From: Monocercomonoides exilis PA203
Taxonomy: Eukaryota; Protista; Preaxostyla
Direction of reading: 5' to 3'
DNA: 64,000 nucleotides
Assembly (NCBI GenBank): GCA_001643675.2
Contig: LSRY02000015.1
Location: forward strand, 1,612,001-1,676,000
Numbering within the stretch: the first letter of the stretch is position 1; each line of letters opens with the position of its first letter. Below are positions 1 to 12,163 of the stretch, in pieces. The notes under the pieces are model-generated. The model was not told the DNA's origin, ran no database searches, and saw only the letters and a program-made list of their open reading frames with translations. The position numbers were made by a program, and so were the translations under genes.

Positions 1-3000
1 CACATTCCTTCACAACGAAAGGGCGGATTGGAGAGTGGGAAATACAGAAAGAAATTCAACAACTCAAACACAGATATACAAGAATGCTGAATGGAATGAA
101 TGCTCAGCTCCGTGTGGTGGAGCACTGTATGTGCATGACAATTCGAGTGCAATATTAACGGTTGAGAATTCATCTTTTGTGAAATGCAATGCAACTGAAA
201 CAAGAGGAGGAGGAATATTTGCTTTGAAAATTGCCGAATGCACAATGAAGCATTCAAAATTTATCGAGTGTTATTGCCTTGCATCATCCAACTGTGGAGG
301 AGCTGAAGCAGAAATAGACGGTATTTCTATTCAAGTGTTTGTTGAAAATTGCATTTTCAGAGATGGATGGTCTGAAAATGATGCAGGTGGTCTTGGAATA
401 TGGAGATCAAAAACATTAAATACGAAAGATTGCGTTTTGGATTGTTTTTTTCTGAATTGCAGTGTTCATAATTCGACAGACTCTGATGGAGGAGGATTGA
501 TGAACTGGGATGCAGCTGACGAAGTCATTACAAAAAATTGTTTGTTTCAACAATGCTATTCACCAAACCATGGAGGAGCCATAAGCATTTGGACAAAAGG
601 AAAAAATGGAATTCTTTTGTGGTTTTGCTTTTTCCATGATAATAGTTCTCCTCAAGGAACTGATATTTATGTTGCAGATAAATCTACTGATTCACAACTT
701 GCTTGGTGTTTTTCAACTGAAACTGAAGGAATGAGATATTATGTAGGTGGAATAGATAAAAGTGATTGGCTTCCAAACACAGAAGGGAGAATAAGATTTG
801 TTTCTTCAACCCAAATTCAGCCAAAAGCAAAAGACACTTTCAGCTGTGGATTGAATGAAAGTTGTGCATGCCTCACCATCAGCCATTGCCTTTCCCAAAT
901 GATTTCTGGATTTGTGGAGGAAATCAAGGTGTTGAGTGGAACAGTTGTGGAAGGCAAAGGAGTTGATATTGGAGATAAAGCAATCTCTGTGAAGGGAGAA
1001 TCATCACCTGGCTCAGCTATTGAAACACAATTTGAGGGAAATGGAATGAGTCTGTTTTGCGTTGGAGCAGGGGAGTTGGCTGTGAGTGATCTGTCTGTGG
1101 TTCACAATTCATCATTTGAAAATAATCGAAGAAGCAAACTGTTTGAGATTCAAGGGGCTGGAGGGATCAATTTGGAGAGATTGAACATATCGATGGATGC
1201 AGATCATTCAGAAGAGAGGAGCATTCAGAACTCACTTGTGAATATGGAAGGGGGAAGTTTGAAAATGAAAGATGTGAGATGGGGACAAACATTCAGCACC
1301 ACAAGTGTGATCTCATTTTCTCAAGGATCTTCAGTTTCATTGTCTCTGGATAACTGCACATTCAGCAACATTGCGAGGACAACAGCAGGATCATCGCTGA
1401 TGAGTGTGGGTGAAGGGTCATATTCAATAACTCTTTATGGATGCACACTTGATGGCTGTGGGAGTGAAGACTCTGAGTTTGGAGGAGGGATGATGGTTGA
1501 AGTGGGGAATGTTGGTTTATTGACGATGAATGGAGGTGTTGTGAGAAACTGTTATGCCTCAACCATCCAAGGGAGAGGAGGAGGGATTGGGCTGAAAGTG
1601 AGAAATATAAATGCAGAGTTTCAGATTTCATCAGCATTTGAAGGGAACAGAGCCAAATGGGGAAGTGACATTTTTGTTGACTCAGTCGATCTGGAAACAA
1701 CAGCAAAAGGTGGGAAAATCACTTCATTGACTGCTTCGTTTGACACAAAGAGCACGATACAAGGGTATGATAATGGAAATGATTCGATTCCAATTCCACT
1801 TTGTGTTTATTTGATTCCTTTGCCAAATGAGATCATTGTGAGCAATGTTGATGCATTTGATCATTCTCGTTGTGGGTTTGCCGAGTTTCCCTGTCTGACT
1901 CTGAAGCATTCTCTGACAAGGCAAATTAGTGAAAAGAAGATTGTTGTCGATGGGATGATTGAACTGAAAAATGAGCTGATATTCAACTCCTTCCAACACA
2001 CAATCAGGGGAAAAGATGAAAACAGTGGATGGGAGATGAGCAACGATCCGAATGGAAGTGACGGAAGCATGATAATTGTTGGTGCAAATACGAATGTGAG
2101 TTCACTTGTTTTCTCTGTTCCATCTGCTCTTCCAAACCACGAAGCATTCTTCTGTTCCACCTCACAGTTATTTTCCCTTGATGGCTGCTCGCTGTCATTT
2201 CAAGATCCCCAATCAGCGTTGTCTTATGTGTTTTTATCAGCAACGGAAGGCGATGTTTCAGTTTCATCGTTGAATGTCTTGTCCTTGACCATTGGGAATC
2301 GCCCATTGATTTCTCTTGATGGAATCAATGCTGCTGGTTCATTCGCTTCCATGAATGTTGTGGATATTAGCTCGACAGGAAATAGTGTTTTGTTTGGGGT
2401 GGCGAATGGAGCATCTTTGACGAGTGAAGATTCAACACTTTCAGTGAAAGCATCTTCACAAACAGATTTGCCATCAGGATCCATTCGAGTTATTTCCACA
2501 AATTCAGCCAAGATGCTGAAGCTCACAAACAACACGATGAGTGGATTCAAAGGAGATGGGGGAGATGGAGGAGCAATGGAATGCACACTTGGGAGAGATT
2601 GCTCACTGGAAATTGTCGGAGGGACGATGTCTGGGTGTGAGAGCAATGGAGGAAATGGAGGAGGATTGTGGGTTGAGATGGAAGAAGGATCATCATTCAC
2701 CGTGGGAAATATGACAGATGCTGACTCAGCAAGGGCAATATTTCCGAATGATGAAAGTGATTTATTTGAACTTGCGAGCTGCAAGGCAACACAAAACACA
2801 GGTGGAGAGCACGGACATGGAGGAGGGATTTATCTTCATCTGGATGATGGGGCGAGTTCATTCATTTTGAGAGATGTTTCATTTTCTGGGTGTGATGCGA
2901 GAGAGGGGAAAGAAATGTTCATTAATGCACATGAACTCACAAGTGTGATTAGCAGAAGGTCGATGGGATTTGAAGTTGATTTGAATAACTTTACGAAATT

Positions 3001-6000
3001 GAATGGATTCGAGAGATCAACATTGAATGAGGCATTTGCCATCCCGCTGGTGGTGTATCTGTGGGATAACTTTTCAGGATCTGCCTTTGTTGGAGGAGGA
3101 TCATTGGGCCATGATTTTTCGATGTGTGGATATGAGTCATTTCCATGCTCCACAATCACGAAGGCAGCATCGGTCCATTTTGAAGGGAAGAAAAAAGACA
3201 TAACCATTTTTGAATCATTTGCCTTTGAGGATGAATTGAGCTTGAGGACAGATGAATGGAACGTCAAAGCAAAACAGAATGAAATGAAATGTGAGGTTGC
3301 CGATCTGACAGAGGGAACGCAAAGTGGATTGATTGAGAACTCAGTTTCTGTGTCAATGACTGGCATTGTATTTTCTTTGATTCAATCGCTTTCATATCAT
3401 GAAAGTGTGTTTGGGTGCTGTTCAGGGAAGCTCACACTGAACAAATGTGGGATGGAAGGAGGGATTGAGGCTCTTTCAACAGTGTTTGTGAAGGCTGTTG
3501 GAGGGGCTGTAGAAGTGAGTGAGTTTGGATCAAGGAATATGAGAATAGGAGATTCATCGTTTTTCGTTGTTGAGGGAAGTATTAATTCAAGGCCTTTAAT
3601 GAACATGACAAACAGCGATTTTGGAGAAATCACATTTGGCAATGGATGTGTTGTTGAGTGCCACAAGGGAATTATTGAAGAGACATCTGGATGCTCATTC
3701 TCATCGATTACTCGTTCGAAGGGAAGTGGAGGGTGCATCAGCATAATGAATGGTCATGATGGAAGCGATTGCAAAGTGGAAATAAATGATTGCACATTTG
3801 AAGGGTGTGCTGTTGAAGAAGAAGGAAATGAGATTGGAGGAGGTGCACTCTTTTATGAGGCATCTGCAAATACGAATCTGTTGATGAACAAATGCAAGTT
3901 TTATTCTTGCACAGCACCCCATGACTGGGTGGCAGTTGGATATGGAGGAGGAATAATGTTGAGCTTGTTGAGTGAATCGGGTGAAGCAGATTTCGTGATA
4001 TCCTCTCCAACTTTTTCATCTGACAAACCAAACAATGCGAAGTTTGGAAAGGATTTATTTGCTTCGTCTCCAGCGCTTATCAGCAGCATCAAGAACGAAA
4101 CCCTGCCATTTGTGAAAGATAGATTGGAGATACTGACCGAAGACTCGATGAGAGGGTACGATGGAGGAAACAGAGAGTGTGCAATCCCACTGATCTATTT
4201 CTGGAAAGAGGTTGGGACGAGTGTGCATGTTGCGCGGGAAGGAAATAATGTGGTTGTGTGTGGGCTGTTGGAGTATCCGTGCGGGTCTGTTGATTATGGG
4301 CTGAAGAGAGGAAGTGGTTTGGGGATTGGGTCGATTGCCATTCAGGGGACTTGTGATGTGAGGAATGAAATGAGTGTGAGCGGGATGAGGCTGGAAGGAA
4401 CTAATGGCGAAACAGACAAAATTCAATTTGTGAAAGCAATTGAAGGAGACAAGGATGCTGTTGTTGAATGCAAAGGGGTTGTTCAATTCAAAGAAGTGGG
4501 GATTCTGATCCCTAGTGCCTTCGATAACGAGGCAAATATCCTCATCCAGACATGCATTGATTCAATCAAAACGAGTATTGCAGGATGTTCTATTCGCATG
4601 AGTGACAATGCTGAAGGTGAATTGACATTTGTATTGATTAGTGCTTCAAAAGGAATTGTTTCAATCGAAAAGACAAACATAGCTGGATTCTCAACGATGC
4701 ATGAGATAATGAGCATATCAGTTAGAAGTGTGATAACTATGAGCGATGTTTCCTTTGAAGAAATATCATTGAGTGGGAAAAGTGCAATTGTGATGAATGA
4801 AAATGAGATTCCAGAAAATGGAAATGATAATGCAGAAGAAGAGTGGAATGTTCTGTTTGAGCAATGCTCGTTTGTGAATGTGAAGAACACAGTGTCAAAC
4901 AACCCTTCATTTCTTTTCTGTGATATGCAGAATGAAATGAGATTGAAAATGGAGAATTCGACAATTGATGGTTGTGGATCGACAAGCTCGAATGAAGGAG
5001 GAGGGATGTTTTTCCTTCTCAACGAGAGGGGGAGACTGGAAATGAATCACACAAATGTGACAGACTGCTTCTGTTCGAACAACGGGAGAGGAGGAGGATT
5101 GTTTTTGAAAACACAGAGTGTTGCAAAGAAGTCTTTGTCATTTGTGCTGTCGAACATCACATTCAAGGAGAATGTTGCATTGAAAGGGAGAGATGTGTTT
5201 GTGAAGTGCACAGATCTTGACTCGCAGATAAGTGAATCACAGTTCCTGATAAACTTTGGGGAGCCATTTGTGAAGGAGCTGGCGATATGGGGGTGCACAT
5301 CAGACGATTATGGGGATGAAGAGGATCTGCTGGGGAGGGTGTATGTGTTCAGGAGCGAATTCATATTTGTTTCTTCAATTGTGGGAAACAGCAGCAACAG
5401 CAAGAACTGTGGGGAAATGAAGGGTGCATGCTCATCGCTGAATGTGGGGTGAGCCACATCATTCCATCGGATTATTCGCAGCTGCTGATATGGAATGAGA
5501 CAACACTAACTGGTTCATGCTTAGCTCAAAAGGTGACAATCAAGTCGATGGAGGCAAGCAGGAATGCTGAGATAAAAGTGAATGAGATGAGCTTGGCTGG
5601 TGATGGAGTTGTGACGACATCAGAGTCTGTTCGAATTGAGAAAGTTTCATTTGTTTTTGGTGTAATGCAGAATGTTGTCTGCTCGTGCTTAATACACCAA
5701 GCGAATGGATCTCTAATCCTCGAATCTGTTTCATTCTTATCAGAAAGCGGATCATTGGTGAATTCACAAACCCTTTTTGACTTTTCTCTGATTGTTGTTG
5801 AAAATGGGATATTTGAGGCAGATCGATGTAGCATTGGGTGCTTGAAATTCTCAAAGTCCATGTTCCAGATATTGTGCTCAGAAAGAGCAACATTTGAAGA
5901 TCTGACTGCTTGCAATGTCCAATGCACAAGCTCAGTGATTGAATGTGGAAAGAGTGAGAAAGTGATAATTTCAAAGTTGGCAGTCACAAATATCTCTTTG

Positions 6001-8295
6001 CAAAATGAAAGTCTAATTTCATTTGAAAATGGCCATTCTTCACTCGTTTTATCTTTGGCGTTATCATCATTCTCAAACATCAGCCGGCTGTCTTCTGGGC
6101 CTAGCATTATTTGCACAGCTCAGCACATGACTAACTTTGAGATGTGCAACTGTTCTTTTCATAAGTGCACATCAGAGTCATCAAAGGGGAGTCAAGTGGC
6201 AATTGCTTTGACTGAGAATGTCTTGGTGGATTCGTGCACATTTGAGGGAAACCTGGCTGATAATACCGAAGAAATAAATGGTGTGAGTAATAAGATCTGT
6301 CAGTGGAATGGTTCAGTTGTTGATTTCTCGAAGAGTTCTGCGATGATGAAAGACACAACAATTTCGAATTCTCCAGAAGGTGGAATAACAATGAGTGGAG
6401 GAAATGTGATAATTGAGAAAGGAGAATTCATTAACAGCAATCCATCAATTGAAAGGTATCCATCATTGAGAAGAAATATCATTTGCTCAAATTCAGGAAC
6501 ATTGAATGTGATGAGTTTGAAAGGTGGAGATGGATTGATGCCCAATTCTTCTCTTTGGATTTTGAATGATGGGTGTAGTTTTGAAGGGATTGTTTCTGAA
6601 AGAGCATCACCATTCTTCATCCCAGTATTGGAGAGTATTGAAGCAAATGAGAAAGGAGCAGAAATGGAGATTGTGTTCAAAGGGAAGCTGCTGCTGCCTT
6701 GCAACTTGTCATTCATGGTTGTGAAGCAGATAGGTGATGAAAAGCAGATCGAAAAGTTTGAGTTTGATGAGAGCGGATATGTGTCGGAGACAGAAGTTGA
6801 AGGAAGATTGGCAAGAGAGGCAATAAGTGAGGCAGGAGACGAGGCAGAGGTGAGAGTGAGCATTCTGTTTGGGGATGCCAAAAACCCATCATCGACTGAT
6901 CCTTTCATTCTGAAGAACAGAAGTGAGCCCAAAGCTAATGGGGATGAAAGGATTGTTGAAGGAGGAAAGAAAGAAATGTCAATGTGGCAAATTATTGTGA
7001 TTGTGTGTGTTGTATTTGTTGTGCTTCTGCTTGTAGTCATTGTTGTTCTGGCTGTTCGGTGGAGGAAGGTGAAGGAAAGAAATGAGGAATTGCAAGAGAT
7101 TGTGAATGACAACATCAGAAAAGATCCGAAGGCATTTGAGATGGTCACGATGGAGATGTCACCTGAGGAGCGGTGGAAGAGAGCAGAGATGGAGGATGAA
7201 AAGAAGAATGAAGAAAGGATGAAGAAGAGAATATATGAAAAAAGCCTGGGACATTCAGAGTCATCAGAGCATCTTCTCTCTGAGAGTGGCTCCACTGAAT
7301 ACATATTAGGAAAAGATTCAGATAAGATCCCTCAATGGATGCTGGAGAAAGATGAGGAAGAGGAAATAAGAAAACAGACTGCATCACCATCAATTTCTTC
7401 GACATGTTCAACTGATTCAGATTCCACATTTGTTCGAGGGGAGGATTTGTGCCCAACCACGTCATCAATGTCAAATCTTGTGGATGCGATGGCCTGTTCA
7501 TCTCCTCATGAGAAGCTGATTGTGGACTTGAGGGATTCACTGTTCATGTTGTTGCATGGGCTGAATAAGACAAAAGAAATGGCAATTGGCACATTGAAAG
7601 AAAGAGAGCAAACAGCTGCTCAGATCCTGTTCTGGGTGGCTAATCTTGCTCTTCACTCGTTTGATGAAATGGAAAACCCTCTTCAATCATTGAATAATCT
7701 GAGTCCGCACATTATTCTTTTCTCCGAGCATATGGTGATCTGCATTGTAATGCACTCAGATTTATTGTCTGATAATTCTGACTCATCCTCCATCTCTTCA
7801 TCAACTGTTGTGACGTCTGCCAGTAATGACGAAAGTGACTCTCTGCCCTCATCTGCCTTTGAGGATGACGAAGACAACAGAAAGGAGTGTTTGAGGTGGA
7901 AGGCACCGGAGCTGCTGAATGGGAAAAAGAAACATGCAACGAAGAAGACTGTTGTATTCTCGATAGGGATGATGCTGTGGGAGTGCTTGACACTGCAGAT
8001 CCCATTTGGAGATTATGAGGCTGAGACGGCTGGAGAGAAGATAAAGAATGGGGAGAGGCCGAACATGGGGGTGATTGAGACAAGCAGTTTTGGTGAGACG
8101 ACGAAAGCGTGTGTGATGCTGCAGGCGAAGAGCAGGCCCACGCTTGTGGAGCTGAAGCGAGAGTTCTTCGGGCACTTTCCTGCAGAGATGGTGGTTGTGA
8201 CAGCATCTGATGCGATTGACGATGAAAATGTGAGCGATATTGGCAGAGGAAGCGATGTTGGGAGCAGCAGTTTCTGCGACTCATCATATCTGTAG
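1..8295 (+). CDS. Giant receptor-like protein, copy 1 (5'-truncated by window): beta-helix/Pmp-like Cys-rich ectodomain, single TM, truncated kinase-like tail; one 1-bp frameshift at ~5445
   Basis: ORFs 35-5452 and 5428-8295 join into one reading frame: aatgtggggtgagc here vs aatgttggggtgagc in copies 2 and 3 (one T missing). Repeated GGA(L/I)/GGGI and F..C motifs; five modules with D...CG....(P/A)C.(T/S)(I/L/V). TM IIVIVCVVFVVLLLVVIVVLAV followed by RWRK (~6990-7065). Tail contains RWKAPELL, VVFSIGMMLWE...PF, GERP, RPT. Ends TAG at 8295. Confidence 0.88.
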
Positions 8296-9198
8296 TTGTT
8301 TGTGGTTGAAGAGCACAAAACTGGAAAAGGAAGAAAGATGAAAACGACAAACAAACAGAATGAGAGCGGATTGAACTTTCTGAACGATATGAAACACCAA
8401 ATGAGGAGAGGGGAAAGAAAGTTGGCATTGGGGTGACGAAGCAGAAACAGAAGTGATGGCTTTGTGAATGCTCAAGTTGGTCAGTCGCAGTGAAGAAATT
8501 TTGTTGCGGTTTCCGAATCGCAAGCAAAAAGAGAATGACTGATTTCTTGAACAAAAACAAGTGTTTGTTTTTATTTTTCTTATTTTTGTTGTTGTTCTTT
8601 TTTGTTGGATTGGAACTTCAACAGCAAAGGAATGAATGAAAATGAAAAACAATTTGAATCATCGTGTGTTTTCTTATTTGAAAAAAAATGAAATACCCCT
8701 CAAAAAATTATTTCTGAAACAGCTATTTTGTTACAAGTGTGTTTTCTGGAGTATTGTTGTTGGCTGATAAATATTGACATGCATGAAGGCACAGAGCTGT
8801 TTGGAATTGACATCGAAAACAAAGGCATATTCACAGAATAGGAGAATTGGAGATGAAAAAACAGTTTTGAGAAATGGAGAGAGGTGTGTTTGGCACACGA
8901 AAACAAAAGTGAAAGGGTGAAAAAATAGTAATTATTGTTTCAAATGAATTTTTTGTTTTTTTGTTGAGGAAAAAGTGAAAAGGCAAATAAACGCATGCAA
9001 TAAGTGATGGGCATTTGTTAATGTGTCTGTTTGGCTGAAGACTTTTCCATTTGCTGAAAAGCCAGAACAAAAACGCGTCTGATGAAATGGGGTGGAGTGT
9101 CTGTGGTTTTTTTTTTGAAGAGCAAAATGGATTTATATTTCAATCGAATAAGTGCAGTTTTTTGAATGAAAAGAGGAAAAACAATTATTATGGTGAAT
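8296..9198 (+). repeat. 3' flank of receptor copy 1, duplicated with the gene (inverted homolog at 43624-44536)
   Basis: Reverse complement aligns almost base for base with 43624-44536; ORF-track peptides 8831-9070(-) and 43681-43998(+) share identical sequence. Homology ends at ~9198. Confidence 0.9.
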
Positions 9199-9199
9199 A

Positions 9200-10290
9200 C
9201 TCCTCACAAATATGACCTGTTGAATCTGACTCGATAAATCGTGGAATTCTCTTTTGTCTTTTCATTTTTTCACTTATTATTCCAGAACTCTTCGCCAGCA
9301 CTCATGATCCCACAATCGTCCCACATTTCAACATTCATTTCATCTCACAAAAAGGCTCCTTTTGTGGCTTCATCATTCCCGAATGCAACTGGCAATCGCA
9401 ACTCTTTGTTCGTGGTGAAAGGCGATTTGATTGTTGAATGCATCAGGGATGCTTGAAAAGCCCTTGGAAGCACATCTTCGGGCTTGTGTTCTTTTTCATG
9501 GCAATGAATGTCCTTGTTGGTGTCTTGATGCTCGAGCCAATGGTGTATCTGCTTTCCAAAAGATGGAAGAGATTTCACAATAAAGAGGCTGTGCAATGTG
9601 AGTGATGTGCGGCACAAATGGTTGTTCCACCAACAGCCGATTCAGCATGCGTCTGCTGTCAGTCGAGCCGTGCTCTGGAGGGATGCGAGTCGAGCAGCAG
9701 GAGACATCACCCTTTGCTTCTCTCGCTATCATTCGTTTGTTTGCTTTATCTCGGTGATCAAACACTTCTCCAGCTCATTTCCGCATCGACACTTCCCCCT
9801 TTCAGCCAGATTGATCTTTGGCTCCACACGTTCACCCACGAAACTCAGAGCACATCGAAGCTCATCCGACCCCCAATGGCAAGGCTGAAGCACAACACTT
9901 TCCCAAGGATGAGCCTTCAGCGCACCAGCACCAATTGACAAGAATTCCATGTGGTTTGTTCAGAGGGATTTGTGAGACACCAGCTTCCGTGAATGATTGA
10001 GAAAAACATGAGAGAAAAATGATCGGGGTGTGATCGTGAAGGTTCATCAACATCAAAGACAAGGCAGCGAATGAGAAATTGCTAATTATGATTTTTTTTC
10101 CCCCTTTTTGAATGGGCTGAAATCAAATGATGTGAATGGTGTTTCTTTCAAGCTCCCTGTTGATGTGGAGACCAGAACGAGACTTTCAATTTTCACTTTC
10201 GCAATCTTCATCCTCAAATATGAAGTTTTTGACTGTTATGGATTTGTGATCATTGACCCAAAATAACTTGAATAAAGTTCAGTATTGAGT
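9200..10290 (-). pseudogene. Unidentified degraded coding relic
   Basis: GC-richer than the flanking intergenic DNA, with overlapping short minus-strand frames of protein-like composition (e.g. FTEAGVSQIPLNKPHGILVNWCWCAEG, KAHPWESVVLQPCHWGSDELR, ELRLPVAFGNDEATKGAF). Family not recognised. Confidence 0.3.
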
Positions 10291-10879
10291 GTCGAATATG
10301 CTTTTTGTTAATTGATTTGGTGTTTTTTTCGATTATTGATGTGAAGAAAATAAAAATTGTTTTCAAAATTGTTTTTAATGAAAGGATTGAAACTATTCAT
10401 TATTGGTGTACATAATACTCAACATTTTTTTTTTAAATTCTGACATTTTCTTTGTGCTTTTCAATTATAATAAAAATCTGAATATTCAATAATTGATTCA
10501 ATACATCTTTGAATGAGAATGCAAAAAGTTTTTCATCATTTTTCAAAGTCATTAAAGATTAATAATTTGTTTTCTCAACTGTGAAACAATAAAGAAAGCA
10601 AGTTTTTCGATATTTTCAATCTATTGCTCAATATAGTGAGTTATTTATCATTCCACCTTTTTTTATCAGAGTCAAAATTTTCTGACTCTCGAGAGTACTT
10701 TCAGATAGAAGTTATTGGCAAATTTAAAGAATATCGAAACTTTCAAATTGAGATTATTTTTGTTTCTATTGACTTCTTTCGTGTCAATAAAGTGTTGAAA
10801 TGTTAAATAAGTTGTCAGAAAATCTTTTAAAAACTTACAAAAGATTTTTATTCAAACTGATCAAATGAAAAATTCATCT

Positions 10880-11900
10880 TATTCATTTGAATAATTTGAA
10901 GCAGCCTCTCCGTCATCAACGCTATTTGAATCTTCTTCGTTTTCATCATCACGAGGCTCATGAAGAATATCATCAGCATCGGGAATTTTTTCATTTTCAG
11001 AAAAAATCAATTTCCTCATCCGCAATAATGGGTTTTTCTTCTGGAATAAAATGCATCATTTTTTGCAAAATATCTTCAAAACTTGGTTTAAGATTCCTTT
11101 AAACAAGTTACATGGATAAGAAAACTGCAAAAAATGTTTTCTCACTTCGTGTAAAGGAAAAACCCTTTTTAATGACTCCACAACCCTTCAACGGTATTGC
11201 AACATGCACTGGTTTCTGGATCTTTGAAATTTCTTTTATGACAGACAGTGATATGTTCATAACCAATATCTTTCAGACAATTACAGCTTTTTCATTCAAC
11301 ATTTATTATTGTTGTGCCAACAAATATCCTTTCTTGAAAAATTGGGATGAATGAATCTTTTTTCCTGTTTGGCACGATGATAACAAAATATATTCCTGCT
11401 CCTCTTCCTTCCATCATCTTCCATATTTCCTTTTCATCCAAACAGCCTCATCTAATTCGACGTATTTTCCCGGTTCTCCTAATTTCGGTATCGTTTCGTT
11501 CCATATTTGTGTTCATTCAACTATTTCAACGCTTGTTCAATAACAAATAGTTGGATATGAAACACCCGTCAGCAAATGAATTTGTTTTAATCCAATTCCA
11601 ATCCAATAGTACAACAGATTTTGCAAAACAATATTAATCGGAAGTTTCATTTCTGAAAAAACGGAATTTTGAAATGTTGAGATTTTTTCCCGGAAAGTTT
11701 GAAACCAAATATATTTGTATCCTTCTGTTTCCTCCCTGGTTCTCCTTTTGCTTCTGTATTTAGGGCAATCCTTCGCAGAAAATTCATGAAAACGTTTGAA
11801 AAACCAATACCACGTTTCTTCTTTATCATGGAAAATCGTATTTTAATTGATAAACTGTTTGACTATTTTTTTCCTCTTCAGATCTTGCCATTAAACTCTT
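10880..11900 (-). mobile_element. Degenerate Merlin / IS1595 (ISXO2-like) DDE transposase remnant
   Basis: Manual minus-strand translation of ~11500-11170 gives KLGEPGKYVELDEAVWMKRKYGR*, IVPNRKKDSFIPIFQERIFVGTTIINVE*K, LKDIGYEHITVCHKRNFKDPETSACCNTVEGLWSH*K. These match the ISXO2/Merlin motifs LGG.G..VE.DE...KRKY.RG, VP.R....L.P, GT.I.TD.W, GY.H.TVNH...F.DP.TG..TN.IEG.W. Multiple stops and a deletion; termini not found. Confidence 0.8.
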
Positions 11901-12132
11901 TTGATCATAAACCACAGATTAGAATTTTTAAGACTTTTCCATGTTTTATTAAACTTCTGAAAAAAAACTTTCCAACAGCAAAAAATTTTCATAAAGTGTC
12001 AAAATAGAACGTAAATGACTGTCATTATTTTTTTGTGCAAAATTGAGAGTTCTGATAAACTTTCATTTTGCATTTTTATGTTTTTTTGTGTTGAACAATA
12101 ATTGAAATATTGATAGAAAATTAATGAATAAC

Positions 12133-12163
<31 letters not shown>

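Noticed and set aside
268-830. Diversity-generating retroelement (RT nearby plus variable region)
   Set aside because: Differences among the variable blocks affect all bases and include many synonymous changes and indels. There is no template repeat, and the RTs are DIRS-type.
1362-8652. Many antisense ORFs over the receptor genes (e.g. 6300-7304, 7712-8560, 44278-45135, 45519-46388)
   Set aside because: Shadows of codon bias on the opposite strand; their recurrence reflects gene duplication.
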